DNA of 64,000 nt from Nitrospirota bacterium. GTDB lineage: Bacteria > Nitrospirota > UBA9217. The translations under genes and the position numbers were made by a program. The stretch is from assembly GCA_963740085.1 (NCBI GenBank), contig CAVUCU010000007.1, positions 32,001 through 96,000 of the forward strand, read 5' to 3'. The notes beneath the pieces are model-generated. The model ran no database searches, was not told the DNA's origin, and saw only the letters and a program-made list of their open reading frames with translations. Position 1 is the first letter of the stretch. The number at the start of each line of letters is the position of its first letter. Positions 32,676 through 42,582 of this stretch are shown in pieces.

Positions 32676-33335
32676 ATGTCTAAATGCAGAAGCGGATTAA
32701 GGCTTTTTTTGCTGATCATAGTCGTGCTCACAGTCGGTGTGCCGATATTGACGCATCCGGCACATGCTGCGGATACGACCGAAGCTGCTATGCAGGATTA
32801 TGAGGCGACTATCCGTAAGGCCGAAAACTACTTTTCGGTCGGCAACTATTTCGAAGCGGTCCTCAGTTATGAGCGTGCCCGACGGGTTGCCTACAATAAC
32901 AAGCTTCGGACAGACACTGCTGCGCTCGAAAAGAAGTTGGCCCAGGCCCGTGATGCGCGCGACGGCAAGCTGCCGGTCGGCGGATCTCAATCTTCACCTG
33001 GATCAATACCGCAGAGAGCAGGAACTGGCCCGGCTGGCGTTTCTGTTTTTGCCGAGCTGACAACTTCGCGCGGCAGCGTTCCCTGGGTCCTGACAGCCCG
33101 CGACGTGCCGAAGGGTAACAAACTAAACTTTGGACCGTATGATCCCGCATCGCGCTGGGACATCTCTAATCCGTTTCTTCGGCATGATGCACGCTTCTTC
33201 AGTAATATCTGGAACGTGGCCTGCACTGCGGACGGGACCATCTATCTCGGCGCGGAAAGCGTCGTTCCGGCTGAAGAATTCCGGCGCATGCCGCGGGCAA
33301 ACCGCGACTGGTATAGTGGCGTAAGAGAACATTAA
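32676..33335 (+). CDS. Secreted hypothetical protein with a TPR-like helix, probably 3'-truncated
   Basis: GGAGGA RBS and signal peptide (..PAHA/A); ends abruptly where the sequence turns AT-rich. Confidence 0.55.
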   Translation: MSKCRSGLRLFLLIIVVLTVGVPILTHPAHAADTTEAAMQDYEATIRKAENYFSVGNYFEAVLSYERARRVAYNNKLRTDTAALEKKLAQARDARDGKLPVGGSQSSPGSIPQRAGTGPAGVSVFAELTTSRGSVPWVLTARDVPKGNKLNFGPYDPASRWDISNPFLRHDARFFSNIWNVACTADGTIYLGAESVVPAEEFRRMPRANRDWYSGVREH

Positions 33336-33405
33336 TGTTCGTTGTAAATTTTTTAGTAAAATGATAAGATAATACAATGTTATTCACGGTAAAAGGAGGC
33401 AATGT

Positions 33406-33627
33406 ATGCGCGTTAAAGACCTTCCCGAAATATCAAAATTAAGCACACCTGAAAAGATACTGCTGGTCGAGGATCTTTGGGACAATATCTCTGCAGATGA
33501 CGCTTCCATACCTGTGCCAGAAAGCCACAAAGCCGAACTCGATAAACGTTACAGACGATTTCAATCTGCGCCCGGCACCCTCCTGTCTCTTGATGATCTC
33601 AGAGCGAGAGTAGAAAAAAGGAAATGA
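33406..33627 (+). CDS. Putative addiction-module antitoxin (TIGR02574-like)
   Basis: LSTPEKILLVEDLWDNI...HKAELDKR. Confidence 0.88.
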   Translation: MRVKDLPEISKLSTPEKILLVEDLWDNISADDASIPVPESHKAELDKRYRRFQSAPGTLLSLDDLRARVEKRK

Positions 33628-33935
33628 CGTACACCCTTCGCTTTCTGCCAGAAGTCGAAGATGATGTTATCAGCGGCTATTCATGGTATGAATCGAAATC
33701 GCCGGGACTTGGAGAAGATTTCCTTCGGATGTTTTATGCCTGTGTCGGGGATATTCCCAGAAACCCCCTCATGTACCACAAAGTTCATCACGAATTCAGA
33801 CGTTGCCTGCTCCGGCGCTTCCCTTATGCAATCTATTTCATAATCAACGACAATCAAATTATCGTAACTGGCCTCTTCCATGGTGCCCGTGATCCCAGTA
33901 CTATCGAGTCGATGCTGAGGAACCGAAAAGCGTGA
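33624..33935 (+). CDS. RelE/ParE-family toxin
   Basis: WYE...GLGEDF, RRFPYAIYF and H.ARDP; ATGA overlap with the antitoxin. Confidence 0.9.
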   Translation: MTYTLRFLPEVEDDVISGYSWYESKSPGLGEDFLRMFYACVGDIPRNPLMYHKVHHEFRRCLLRRFPYAIYFIINDNQIIVTGLFHGARDPSTIESMLRNRKA

Positions 33936-33938
33936 GTT

Positions 33939-33994
33939 TTTTAACGAATCGTTCCACGCCGACCGCTTCGCGGCGTGTGAACTCGTCATTGTCC
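33939..33994 (+). mobile_element. Degenerate attC-like site
   Basis: TTTTAAC-gaatc-GTTCCAC-gccgaccgcttcgcggcgt-GTGAAC-tcgtc-ATTGTCC, immediately after the toxin stop. Confidence 0.6.
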
Positions 33995-34232
33995 TGACTA
34001 CGTTTACAACGTCCGTCTGGTGTTCCTCGAAACGAACTCGGACGCGAAAGCGCGGAAGGACAGGGTAAGACGATAGCGCAAAGCAAAACGAGCTTTCCGA
34101 AAGGCGCGCTGTTCCATTGCCGTTATTTATCCCCGAGAGTCTCTACCGGGGATCAAGATGAAACGAAATAGATGACTCTCACCCTGCCCTGTTCCACAAG
34201 GGGAGAAGATAAAGGCGGATACATCCTCGACC

Positions 34233-35012
34233 ATGGAACACGATTTCTGGCTCATCCTCTTTGGTTTTCTCGTCGGCGTCTTCGGCACCATGATCGGCGC
34301 CGGCGGGGGCTTCATCCTGACACCGGTCCTTTTGCTGTTATATCCTCACGACAGCACGGACACCATCACGAGCATATCGCTCGCGGTGACCTTCGCCAAC
34401 GCTTTTTCCGGCACCATCGCCTATGCGCGCATGAAGCGCATCAACTACAAGTACGGGCTGATCTTTTCGGCCGCCGCTGTTCCCGGTGCAGTGCTGGGCG
34501 CAATGGCGACCTACTATGTCCCGCGGAGCGTCTTCGACCCCATCTTCGGCGTAGTGCTTCTGGCGATCGCGGCGGTCATAATCGTCAAGCCGCCCCGGGA
34601 GCATGACGGGGACGGGAACGGTCAGGTGCATCTGTCGCGCCGGCGCCTTCTCCTCGGCATCGCGATCAGCGTCGGCGTGGGCCTTGTCTCGAGCTTCCTG
34701 GGAATCGGCGGCGGAATTGTGCATGTCCCTGCACTTTCGACCATCCTCGGCTTCTCCGTGCACATGGCCACGGCAACGTCGCACTTCATTCTTGCCATCG
34801 TGACCGCAGTCGGCGTCCTGGTGCACATCGCGACCGGGACCTTCAATCACGGCGTGGTGCGTACCGCGTTCCTTGTTACGGGAGTCCTGCTCGGAGCGCA
34901 GCTGGGCGCTCTTATCTCATCGAAGGTGGAAGGAAAGTCCATTATCCGCGTGCTGGCGGTGGCCCTTGCGCTCGTCGGGGTCCGACTGCTGTATCTGTCT
35001 GTTTCCGCATAG
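34233..35012 (+). CDS. TauE/SafE (TSUP) sulfite-exporter-family protein
   Basis: GAGGGFILTP, GIGGGIVHVP and ATATS. Confidence 0.92.
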   Translation: MEHDFWLILFGFLVGVFGTMIGAGGGFILTPVLLLLYPHDSTDTITSISLAVTFANAFSGTIAYARMKRINYKYGLIFSAAAVPGAVLGAMATYYVPRSVFDPIFGVVLLAIAAVIIVKPPREHDGDGNGQVHLSRRRLLLGIAISVGVGLVSSFLGIGGGIVHVPALSTILGFSVHMATATSHFILAIVTAVGVLVHIATGTFNHGVVRTAFLVTGVLLGAQLGALISSKVEGKSIIRVLAVALALVGVRLLYLSVSA

Positions 35013-35074
35013 CATAACTGGAGTTAATTCATATCAAATAATTTGTCGAAGAAGCTTTTCAACAGGACGCCGGC

Positions 35075-35692
35075 ATGCTTCATATGGACAAAACCATCTT
35101 CTCGGATACCTGTGATCTTCCCGAATGGCACCACGGGCGTCAGGACTACTCCGTCTGGCTCATTGAACTCAGCAGTATGGAGGTTTCTCAAAAAGTCCGC
35201 GATGCGAGAGAACATCTTTCCGAATTCCTCATCCAGCCCTATCAGCGACAGCCGCATATTACGATCTTTGTCTGCGGCTTTTTAGCCGATACCGCGCGTT
35301 ACGCTGACGATTACAGCGTTGAGCAGTTCGAACGCCATGCGCAGTTGTTGAGGGCGGCGGATTTTAAGCCCTTTACCGTGGAGATCGGGGGACTGAACAG
35401 CTTTGCTTCTGCGCCATATCTGGAAGTCGCTGATCCGGAGGGCGGGATAGAACGTTTGAGGACCCTCTTCCTGGCCAATGGATCGGAGATCGCCCGAAGC
35501 ATGACATATGCTCCCCATGTAACCATTGGACTTTACGCGGCAGCATTTCCGGGCAGCGTGGTGTACGAGAGAATAGCTTCTTTCCCCAGGACGTATTGCA
35601 AACATGCCGTGGATCGGGTGACGTTTGCGACCTATCGGCCACAGGAAACGGCCGGGGAACTAACGTGGCGGCATGTAGTTGCCTTTCTTTGA
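35075..35692 (+). CDS. 2H phosphoesterase (2'-5' RNA ligase family)
   Basis: Two HxT motifs: PHITI and PHVTI. Confidence 0.8.
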   Translation: MLHMDKTIFSDTCDLPEWHHGRQDYSVWLIELSSMEVSQKVRDAREHLSEFLIQPYQRQPHITIFVCGFLADTARYADDYSVEQFERHAQLLRAADFKPFTVEIGGLNSFASAPYLEVADPEGGIERLRTLFLANGSEIARSMTYAPHVTIGLYAAAFPGSVVYERIASFPRTYCKHAVDRVTFATYRPQETAGELTWRHVVAFL

Positions 35693-36019
35693 AATCAAGC
35701 GGGCTACATCTGCATTTGCTGGAATGCCGTGAATTGCCTTGCGCGAGCTTTGAGCCGCAGAGGAAGTATCTCCCCTTGATACCGCTAAACGCGAAGATGG
35801 TCAGACGGCTCTGCGCTGGATACTGATGTTCGATGCCGTGACCTGCGCCTTCCCGGGAGCAAAGCGCCTGACACAGACAGAAGACAATATCGCTTCCCCG
35901 TCAATCGAAGGCGGTCCTTCCGCACAACATCCGCACAGCATGCTCTTGACAAACGGCCTTCATTGTCTTACTCTATACCTGCTTCAGACGAGAATGAACC
36001 TCAGGTATAACCCAATAAT

Positions 36020-37354
36020 ATGAACCCTATCTGTATAGTAGACGACGAATCTTCCATTTGTTCCACGGTAGCCAGCATCCTGAAGGACGAGGGATATCAG
36101 ACCATCGCATTTCCGGATGCGGAGAGCTTCTGGCAGGAACTCGATACCATGGAGCCCGCTCTCGTCCTGCTGGATATCTGGCTTCCCGGCATAGACGGAA
36201 TGCAACTCCTGAAACGTCTTCATGGCCGATTGCCCGCGCTCCCGGTCATCATGATGAGCGGACATGCCGGTATCGAGGCGGCGGTTGCCGCCATAAAGGC
36301 CGGTGCCTATGATTTTTTGGAAAAACCGCTGCACCTCGAGGTTTTACTCGACAAGGTGGAGTCTGCGCTTAAGCACAGCCCTTCCGTGAGCGGCGCAACC
36401 CTGCCGTCGGATACGAGGCTCGAGATCGTCAGCACCGACCTTTTGATGCCTCCCGGCATGGTGGACGTGGTGGATTCCCGCGAACCTCAGCGCACTCTCA
36501 GAAGGAATGTGGTCCTTAACGGCATAGGGCTCCTGAGCGGCCGGAACACCGGTATCATCCTGACCCCCCTCGGGATCAACGAAGGGATCATCTTTCAAAC
36601 TCTTGACGGTCAAACCATCCGTGGACATGTCACTTCCCTTGAGGATTTCTCCCGAAAAGTCCTGTCAAAGACCTTCGCCGCCAACTCCACCACACTGGAC
36701 AACGGGAGGCGGCGGGTGCGCACGGTTGAACATCTGATGGCGGTTCTTTCGATGTACGGAATAACCAACGTGCTCATAAAGGTCGACGAGGAGATCCCGA
36801 ACATAGACGGCTCCGCCATGGGTTTTTGCGGCCTCATAGAAGAGGCCGGGATAGAGGAACAGCCCGCCTTCACCAGGGTTGCGGTCATCCGTCAGAAGAT
36901 AGGGGTGGGAAACGAGGAGAAGCATGAAAAACACGTCTATGCAGAGCCCTTTGAGGGGTTCGAGATATCGATGCGGGTCGACTACCTTCCACCCATAGGC
37001 GAACAGGTCCTCACGTTCAATCCCGAAAAGGCGTCTTTTGCAAAGGAGATCGCCCCTGCCCGCTCCTTCAACACGTTTGAGAATATAGAAATGGCCCAGA
37101 AACTTGGAAAGGTCGGCGGCGGATATCTCAATTCGCACATCATCATGTACGATGGCAAGGTCATCAACACGGAGCTTCGTTATCCCGACGAATTCGTTCG
37201 CCACAAGATATTGGATCTGATCGGAGACCTCTACCTCCTCGGCTTCTCCATCAGAGGACGCTTTACCGCCAATATGACCTCGCACGGTTACAATCAGGCC
37301 ATGGTGGAACGCCTGTACCAGGCTATCCAGAGCAGCTCCGGGAAAAGACCGTAA
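36020..37354 (+). CDS. lpxC: Response-regulator receiver domain fused to LpxC deacetylase
   Basis: REC: IVDDE, LLDIWLPG, MSGH, LEKP. LpxC: QRTL...GIGLLSG, TVEHLMAVL, EIP.IDGSA, EIAPARSF, HKILDLIGDL, SHG.N. Confidence 0.9.
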   Translation: MNPICIVDDESSICSTVASILKDEGYQTIAFPDAESFWQELDTMEPALVLLDIWLPGIDGMQLLKRLHGRLPALPVIMMSGHAGIEAAVAAIKAGAYDFLEKPLHLEVLLDKVESALKHSPSVSGATLPSDTRLEIVSTDLLMPPGMVDVVDSREPQRTLRRNVVLNGIGLLSGRNTGIILTPLGINEGIIFQTLDGQTIRGHVTSLEDFSRKVLSKTFAANSTTLDNGRRRVRTVEHLMAVLSMYGITNVLIKVDEEIPNIDGSAMGFCGLIEEAGIEEQPAFTRVAVIRQKIGVGNEEKHEKHVYAEPFEGFEISMRVDYLPPIGEQVLTFNPEKASFAKEIAPARSFNTFENIEMAQKLGKVGGGYLNSHIIMYDGKVINTELRYPDEFVRHKILDLIGDLYLLGFSIRGRFTANMTSHGYNQAMVERLYQAIQSSSGKRP

Positions 37355-37397
37355 ACAACCGTCATCTTTATTGCCCGCCCGCCATCAATCCGTCATT

Positions 37398-38165
37398 TCA
37401 GAATTGGAAATATTTCGTCTGGCCCTTCCCCACCGGCCTCGCAGTTTTCAACATCTTATCCACAAACTGTTTCGCCTTTTCCACAGCCTTTTCCACAGGC
37501 AGTCCCCGGGCTATGAACACGGTTATTGCCGAGGAAAGTACGCACCCGGTGCCGTGAAACTCACCCTTTCGGCGCGTTGTGGAGAAGCTGAGCACGGTTT
37601 TACCGCCGTATAAGGTATCGGTAGCGGGACCATACCCATGCCCTCCCTTGATCAGCACGTACGCCGGCCCCATGTCGAGGATCTTTCCGGCGGCGTAATC
37701 CATGTCCGCGTCTTTTCTGATCAGCATCTTTGCGAGGGTTTCTGCCTCGGGAATATTGGGTGTCACGATCAATGCCCGGGGGAGGAGTGCTTTCTTGAAT
37801 GAAGCGAGCGCGGCGGGCTGAAGCAGTGCCTTGCCTGAACTCGATCTGAGCACGGGATCGACCACGAGGTTCTTGATATTGTACTTTCCGAGGACCGCAG
37901 CCACGGCTTCCACATTCTGTCTGGTCAGGATCATTCCGGTCTTGACCGCATCAGGCCTGATATCCGACAACAGCGCATCGATCTGCTGCAACAATACCTT
38001 TGGTTTGATTGCGTGCGTCGCTGATACGCCCCTGCTGTTTTGGATGGTAAGCGCTGTTGGAATGGCCATGCCGAAAACGCCGAGGATTTGAAAGGTCTTC
38101 AGGTCTGTCTGAATACCCGCGCCCGAGGAGGGGTCGGAACCCGCTATGGAGAGGACTTTGATCAT
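37398..38165 (-). CDS. thiD: HMP/HMP-P kinase
   Basis: AGSDPSSGAGIQTD, TPNIPEA, KGGH and HGTGC. Confidence 0.95.
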   Translation of the reverse strand: MIKVLSIAGSDPSSGAGIQTDLKTFQILGVFGMAIPTALTIQNSRGVSATHAIKPKVLLQQIDALLSDIRPDAVKTGMILTRQNVEAVAAVLGKYNIKNLVVDPVLRSSSGKALLQPAALASFKKALLPRALIVTPNIPEAETLAKMLIRKDADMDYAAGKILDMGPAYVLIKGGHGYGPATDTLYGGKTVLSFSTTRRKGEFHGTGCVLSSAITVFIARGLPVEKAVEKAKQFVDKMLKTARPVGKGQTKYFQF

Positions 38166-38172
38166 AATTTTC

Positions 38173-38260
38173 GAGAAGTCAGGAGCCAGAATCCAGAAGT
38201 CAGAAAAAACCAGATGTCCGTTTTCCTGACTCCTGACTCCTTACTCCTGTCTCCCCTGCT
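38173..38260. repeat. Inverted 7-mer tandem-repeat element
   Basis: AGAAGTC AGGAGCC AGAATCC AGAAGTC AGAA ... TCCTGAC TCCTGAC TCCTTAC TCCTGTC. Confidence 0.75.
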
Positions 38261-38263
38261 TCT

Positions 38264-39115
38264 TTATTCCAATTTGAGCTTGATCAACTCAAGCGGGTCC
38301 ACCTTCGCGCCTTGCAGGCGCACGCCCCAGTGCAGGTGGGCGCCGGTAGCGCGGCCGGTGGAACCGACGAGTGCTATAACATCACCCTTCATGACTGCCT
38401 GCCCGTACCGGACGTTGATCTTCGAGAGATGAAAGAACATGGTGTAGATCCCCTGTCCGTGATCGAGAACAACACTGTTCCCCGAAAAGAACTGGTCATC
38501 AACCAGCACCACCACCCCGTCATTGGGCGCCAGCACCGGGTCTCCCTCGTCCGCCGTAATGTCAACTCCCGAGTGAGAATTCTTCGGAATTTTATTGATG
38601 ATCCTTCTGACGCCGAACGGGGTGCCGATCTTTTTCCCCGGCAGGGGGTCGATGAAGTTCCCCTTCCAGAAGCGCGCCGAGTCGACTGGCCATATGGCAG
38701 ATGTCTTTTTCTGGTCCCGCTCCGCTCTCGCCTCGTTCTCGGGCGAGAGGACCACCATGTCCTTGGGCAAGGTGAGCCGCTGGATCGGATACCTCTTCTT
38801 CCTGATTTTGATTTTTTTCAAAATCTTCTTGCCGTTGCTCATGACCTCAAGCGGATAGACCCCCGGCTCTCTGTTCAGGTCGATGCCGAGAACGGCCTTA
38901 TAGGAGGTCTTCGCAATATTAAAGTAAACCTTCTTGCCATTGAACGTGCCTTCCACCGGTCCGGCAACATTCGTGACTACGACGGTGACGATATCACCGG
39001 GACCGATCTGTTTCGGCTGTATAATGATCGTTGGCGGCGCACCGGTCGCAGCGCGAGCAAGGACGGGAGAAATAACCAGCGCAAAAATGAGTAAGATGTT
39101 CTTCAATGTCTTCAT
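38264..39115 (-). CDS. M23-family metallopeptidase
   Basis: Signal peptide, HSGVD and GAHLHW. Confidence 0.93.
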   Translation of the reverse strand: MKTLKNILLIFALVISPVLARAATGAPPTIIIQPKQIGPGDIVTVVVTNVAGPVEGTFNGKKVYFNIAKTSYKAVLGIDLNREPGVYPLEVMSNGKKILKKIKIRKKRYPIQRLTLPKDMVVLSPENEARAERDQKKTSAIWPVDSARFWKGNFIDPLPGKKIGTPFGVRRIINKIPKNSHSGVDITADEGDPVLAPNDGVVVLVDDQFFSGNSVVLDHGQGIYTMFFHLSKINVRYGQAVMKGDVIALVGSTGRATGAHLHWGVRLQGAKVDPLELIKLKLE

Positions 39116-39135
39116 ACCTCGGCCCTTCTTACTTC

Positions 39136-40458
39136 TTACTTCTTACTTATGGCCTCTGTCTTCTTTTCCCTGTCTTCTTTCTTCAAATATTTGCTCACGC
39201 CCTTCATGGAGCAGAACTCGCCGCACATGCTGCAGACGTCTGATTCCTGCGGCAGGCTTGACTCGCGCAGCTTGCGCGCCCGTTCAGGATTGATCGAAAG
39301 CTCGATCTGGCCTTTCCAGTCGAGCGCTTTGCGCCGGCGTGCCATCTCGTTGTCCCAGTCCATCGCGCCCCTGACACCCTTTGCGATATCCGCGGCATGA
39401 GCGGCAATGCGCGACGCGATCACGCCCTCGCGCACGTCCTCAAGGTCAGGCAGACGCAGGTGTTCGGAAGGAGTAACATAGCAGAGAAAATCCGCGCCGG
39501 CGGCTCCGGAGATCGCTCCGCCGATGGCCGAGGTGATGTGGTCGTATCCCGGCGCCACATCCGTAACGAGCGGACCGAGCACGTAGAATGGAGCTCCCTT
39601 GCACAGTTCTTTTTGAATTTTGATATTGGTTTCAACCTGGTTGATCGGGACATGGCCCGGTCCCTCGATCATCACTTGCACACCGGCTTCGTGCGCCTGG
39701 TCGCGCAGTTCTCCAAGGGTGATCAGCTCCTCGATCTGCGCCCTGTCCGTAGCATCGGCGAGACAGCCGGGCCGCATACCGTCGCCGAGCGAAAGGGTCA
39801 CGTCGAACTTCTTGCAGATCTCGATCAGCCGGTCGTACTGCGTGTAGAGCGGGTTTTCCCTTCCATTCACGACGATCCATTCGAGGTGGAACGCGCCGCC
39901 GCGGCTCACCACGTCCATGATCCTGCCCTGGCGCTTGAGCCGCTCCACGCTCGCGATGGTCACGCCGCAGTGCACGGTCACGAAGTCCACTCCCTCTTCG
40001 GCCTGCTGCTCGATCACGCGGAACAGCACCTCGGGGTCCATCTGTACGATCGATTTGCCCTGAGCCACGGTCTCGACAGCGGCCTGGTAGATCGGCACGG
40101 TGCCGATGGAAACCGTTGACTGCTTCAGGATCTCCTTTCGGATCTCGATGATCGGGCCGCCGGTCGAGAGATCCATGACCGCGTCGGCCCCGGCGGAAAC
40201 CGCGACCTTGAGCTTCGCGATCTCGTCATCGATCGACATCCGGTCCCTGGATGTACCGATGTTCGCATTGACCTTGGTTCGCAGACCCTTCCCGATCCCG
40301 AGCGGGGTGATCGACGTATGCCGGTTATTCCGGGTAATGACTATCGTCCCGTTGACAATTCCGTTCAATATATGTTCAACACTCACGCCCTCGGCCCTGG
40401 CCACCGCTTCCATCTCGGGAGTGATGTTGCCTTTTCGCGCTTCGAGTATCTGCGTCAT
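39136..40458 (-). CDS. thiC: Phosphomethylpyrimidine synthase
   Basis: KVNANIG, MDLSTGG, VSRGG, EGPGH and CSMCGEFC. Confidence 0.96.
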   Translation of the reverse strand: MTQILEARKGNITPEMEAVARAEGVSVEHILNGIVNGTIVITRNNRHTSITPLGIGKGLRTKVNANIGTSRDRMSIDDEIAKLKVAVSAGADAVMDLSTGGPIIEIRKEILKQSTVSIGTVPIYQAAVETVAQGKSIVQMDPEVLFRVIEQQAEEGVDFVTVHCGVTIASVERLKRQGRIMDVVSRGGAFHLEWIVVNGRENPLYTQYDRLIEICKKFDVTLSLGDGMRPGCLADATDRAQIEELITLGELRDQAHEAGVQVMIEGPGHVPINQVETNIKIQKELCKGAPFYVLGPLVTDVAPGYDHITSAIGGAISGAAGADFLCYVTPSEHLRLPDLEDVREGVIASRIAAHAADIAKGVRGAMDWDNEMARRRKALDWKGQIELSINPERARKLRESSLPQESDVCSMCGEFCSMKGVSKYLKKEDREKKTEAISKK

Positions 40459-40498
40459 AGTACACCTCGCTCCGTTTTTTAACCTGGTCCGATCCCGT

Positions 40499-41176
40499 TC
40501 ACCTGCGGCCGCACTGAACACAGATAGACCTGTCGACAATACGCACCATGTTGACGGTGTTCTGCGCCGCCTTCCGTATATCCTCCGCGCCAAAGATCGC
40601 TGAGATCATGGAAACACCATAGGCGCCGGCCCACAAGACATTGCCGATGTTCCTTCCTCGTATCCCGCCCAGAGCGAATATCGGGATCGAAACAGCTCTC
40701 TTTACGCCTCTTAGTGCCTCCAGCCCCACGGGAGCGCCGAGCTTCACTTTTGACGGCGTTTCATAGATGGGCCCGAACGTAATGAAATCAGCGCCTTCAC
40801 TCTCGGCAACAACCGCCTCGTCAACCGTGTGCGTTGATGCTCCGATCAGCATCTTCGTGCCGACGATATTCCTGACCGCTGACGGCGGCATACTCTGATG
40901 ACCGAGGTGGACGCCGTCGGCCACTGCTGCCACGGCAATGTCCACATGGTCATTAATGAAGAGCAACGCGCCAAATTCGTTCGTCAGCGCCCTCATCTCC
41001 TGCGCAAGGGCGAGCAACTCTCTGACCGGAAGGTCCCGCTCCCGCAGCTGTATCGCATGAACGCCGCCTTGAAGCGCCAGTCTCACCGCATCAGGAAGAG
41101 GCATCTTTGTCTGCTGACGGTCTGTAATAAGATAGAGGTTGAAATCAACGGCCAATGGACCCTCCGCAATAGGCAT
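40499..41176 (-). CDS. thiE: Thiamine phosphate synthase
   Basis: LYLITD, QLRE, IND, DGVHLG, STH and ALGGI. Confidence 0.95.
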   Translation of the reverse strand: MPIAEGPLAVDFNLYLITDRQQTKMPLPDAVRLALQGGVHAIQLRERDLPVRELLALAQEMRALTNEFGALLFINDHVDIAVAAVADGVHLGHQSMPPSAVRNIVGTKMLIGASTHTVDEAVVAESEGADFITFGPIYETPSKVKLGAPVGLEALRGVKRAVSIPIFALGGIRGRNIGNVLWAGAYGVSMISAIFGAEDIRKAAQNTVNMVRIVDRSICVQCGRR

Positions 41177-41235
41177 GGAGCAGAGGGCATAGTGAAGTGC
41201 TTCACGCTATACTCTCTCCGCTCGCGCTTTGATTC

Positions 41236-42015
41236 CTACGTCCCGATCATCCCGTCCAGCGGGCTGCTGGCCGTGGCATAGAGCTTCTTCGGGATCCTCC
41301 CCGCTTTGTACGCGAGACGGCCGGCAAGCACGCCGTACTTCATGGCCTCGGCCATCACGATCGGGTCCTTTGCTCCGGCGATCGCGGTGTTCAGCAGCAC
41401 GGCATCGCACCCCAGTTCCATGGCAAGCGCAACATCCGAGGCCGTTCCCACGCCCGCGTCAACGATCATCGGCACCTTCACGGTTTCCATGATGATCCTG
41501 AGATTGTACGGGTTCCTGATTCCGAGGCCGGAGCCGATAGGCGCCGCAAGCGGCATGACCGCGGGACAGCCGATGTCCACAAGCTTCCTGGCCATGATCG
41601 GGTCATCGCTCACATAGGGAAGCACGACCAGGCCTTCCTTCACCAGTACCTTCGCCGCCTCAAGCGTCGCTTCGTTGTCCGGAAACAGGGTCTTGTCGTC
41701 TCCGATCACTTCGAGTTTCACGAGCTTCGAGATTCCCGCCTCCGCCGCGAGCATGGCCGTGCGGATCGCGTCCTTTGCCGTGTAGCAGCCGGCGGTGTTC
41801 GGAAGGATCTTATATTTTTTCGGATCGATATAATCGAGCAGGTTATCTTTGCTCTTGTCGATAATGTTGACCCGCCGGACCGACACGGTCACGACATCGG
41901 TGCCCGAGACCTCGATCGCCCTCTTCGTCTCCTCAAAATCCTTGTATTTCCCTGTCCCCACCCAGAGCCGCGAACTGAACTCAATGCCTGCAATGGTCAG
42001 TTTGTCGTCAGTCAT
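41236..42015 (-). CDS. thiG: Thiazole synthase
   Basis: [21 protein letters not shown] and [10 protein letters not shown]. Confidence 0.97.
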   Translation of the reverse strand: MTDDKLTIAGIEFSSRLWVGTGKYKDFEETKRAIEVSGTDVVTVSVRRVNIIDKSKDNLLDYIDPKKYKILPNTAGCYTAKDAIRTAMLAAEAGISKLVKLEVIGDDKTLFPDNEATLEAAKVLVKEGLVVLPYVSDDPIMARKLVDIGCPAVMPLAAPIGSGLGIRNPYNLRIIMETVKVPMIVDAGVGTASDVALAMELGCDAVLLNTAIAGAKDPIVMAEAMKYGVLAGRLAYKAGRIPKKLYATASSPLDGMIGT

Positions 42016-42032
42016 ACTAAACCCATCCTTGA

Positions 42033-42281
42033 TTATTCAATTTCCAGCATGCAATTTGTAATTTCCGATTGCGCTTGCGCGCACCCTCCCGCCATAAAGC
42101 TCACCACTTCCAGAACATCACCGTCCCTGATCGTTGTCTCGCCGTACCGGTCCTTCTTAACGATCTCCCTGTTCAGCTCGACCGCAACGCGCTGCTGCTG
42201 GACCTTCAGAAAATCGAGCAACCCGGGGACCGTAATGCCGCTCGGAACTTCTTTCTTTTCACCGTTCAGCGTTATGATCAT
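42033..42281 (-). CDS. thiS: Sulfur carrier ThiS with a 16-aa extension after GG
   Basis: MIITLNGE...[10 protein letters not shown]...[30 protein letters not shown]. Confidence 0.9.
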   Translation of the reverse strand: MIITLNGEKKEVPSGITVPGLLDFLKVQQQRVAVELNREIVKKDRYGETTIRDGDVLEVVSFMAGGCAQAQSEITNCMLEIE

Positions 42282-42360
42282 TCGGCCTCTCCCTTTTTTG
42301 GACCAGGATAACCGCCTTAGCGTGATCGGCAACAACACGCCGACATGGTGGGCTCGATCC

Positions 42361-42396
42361 AAAAAACAAAAAAACCACGCCGGATGGCGTGGCTCG
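42361..42396 (-). terminator. Terminator of the TPP riboswitch expression platform
   Basis: GCCACGCC-atcc-GGCGTGG followed by a long T-run. Confidence 0.8.
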
Positions 42397-42421
42397 AAAA
42401 GGTTTTACACGATGCGCTACT

Positions 42422-42513
42422 CGCCTTCCCTACGCCGGTACTACCCGGATCAGGTTCTAAGGGTCGTCCCTGATATCAGGACTCTCAGCCCCGCCCTGCG
42501 GGGCTCCCCCAGC
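42422..42513 (-). promoter_or_regulatory. TPP riboswitch
   Basis: GGGGAG...GCTGAGAG...GACCCTTAGAACCTGATCCGGGTAGTACCGGCGTAGGGAAG upstream of thiS; TTGACA-17-TATTGT promoter just upstream. Confidence 0.95.
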
Positions 42514-42582
42514 TTTCTGTAGTGGTACAATACAGCACGTCAGAATCATTGTCAATAACATTTAGGCGCCGTTGCCGCGCTT

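Noticed and set aside
34030-34125. Second GEMM-like riboswitch (GCGAAAGC...GCGCAAAGC)
   Set aside because: Lacks the GCAAACC/GAC pairing and the P3 motif; more likely a gene remnant.
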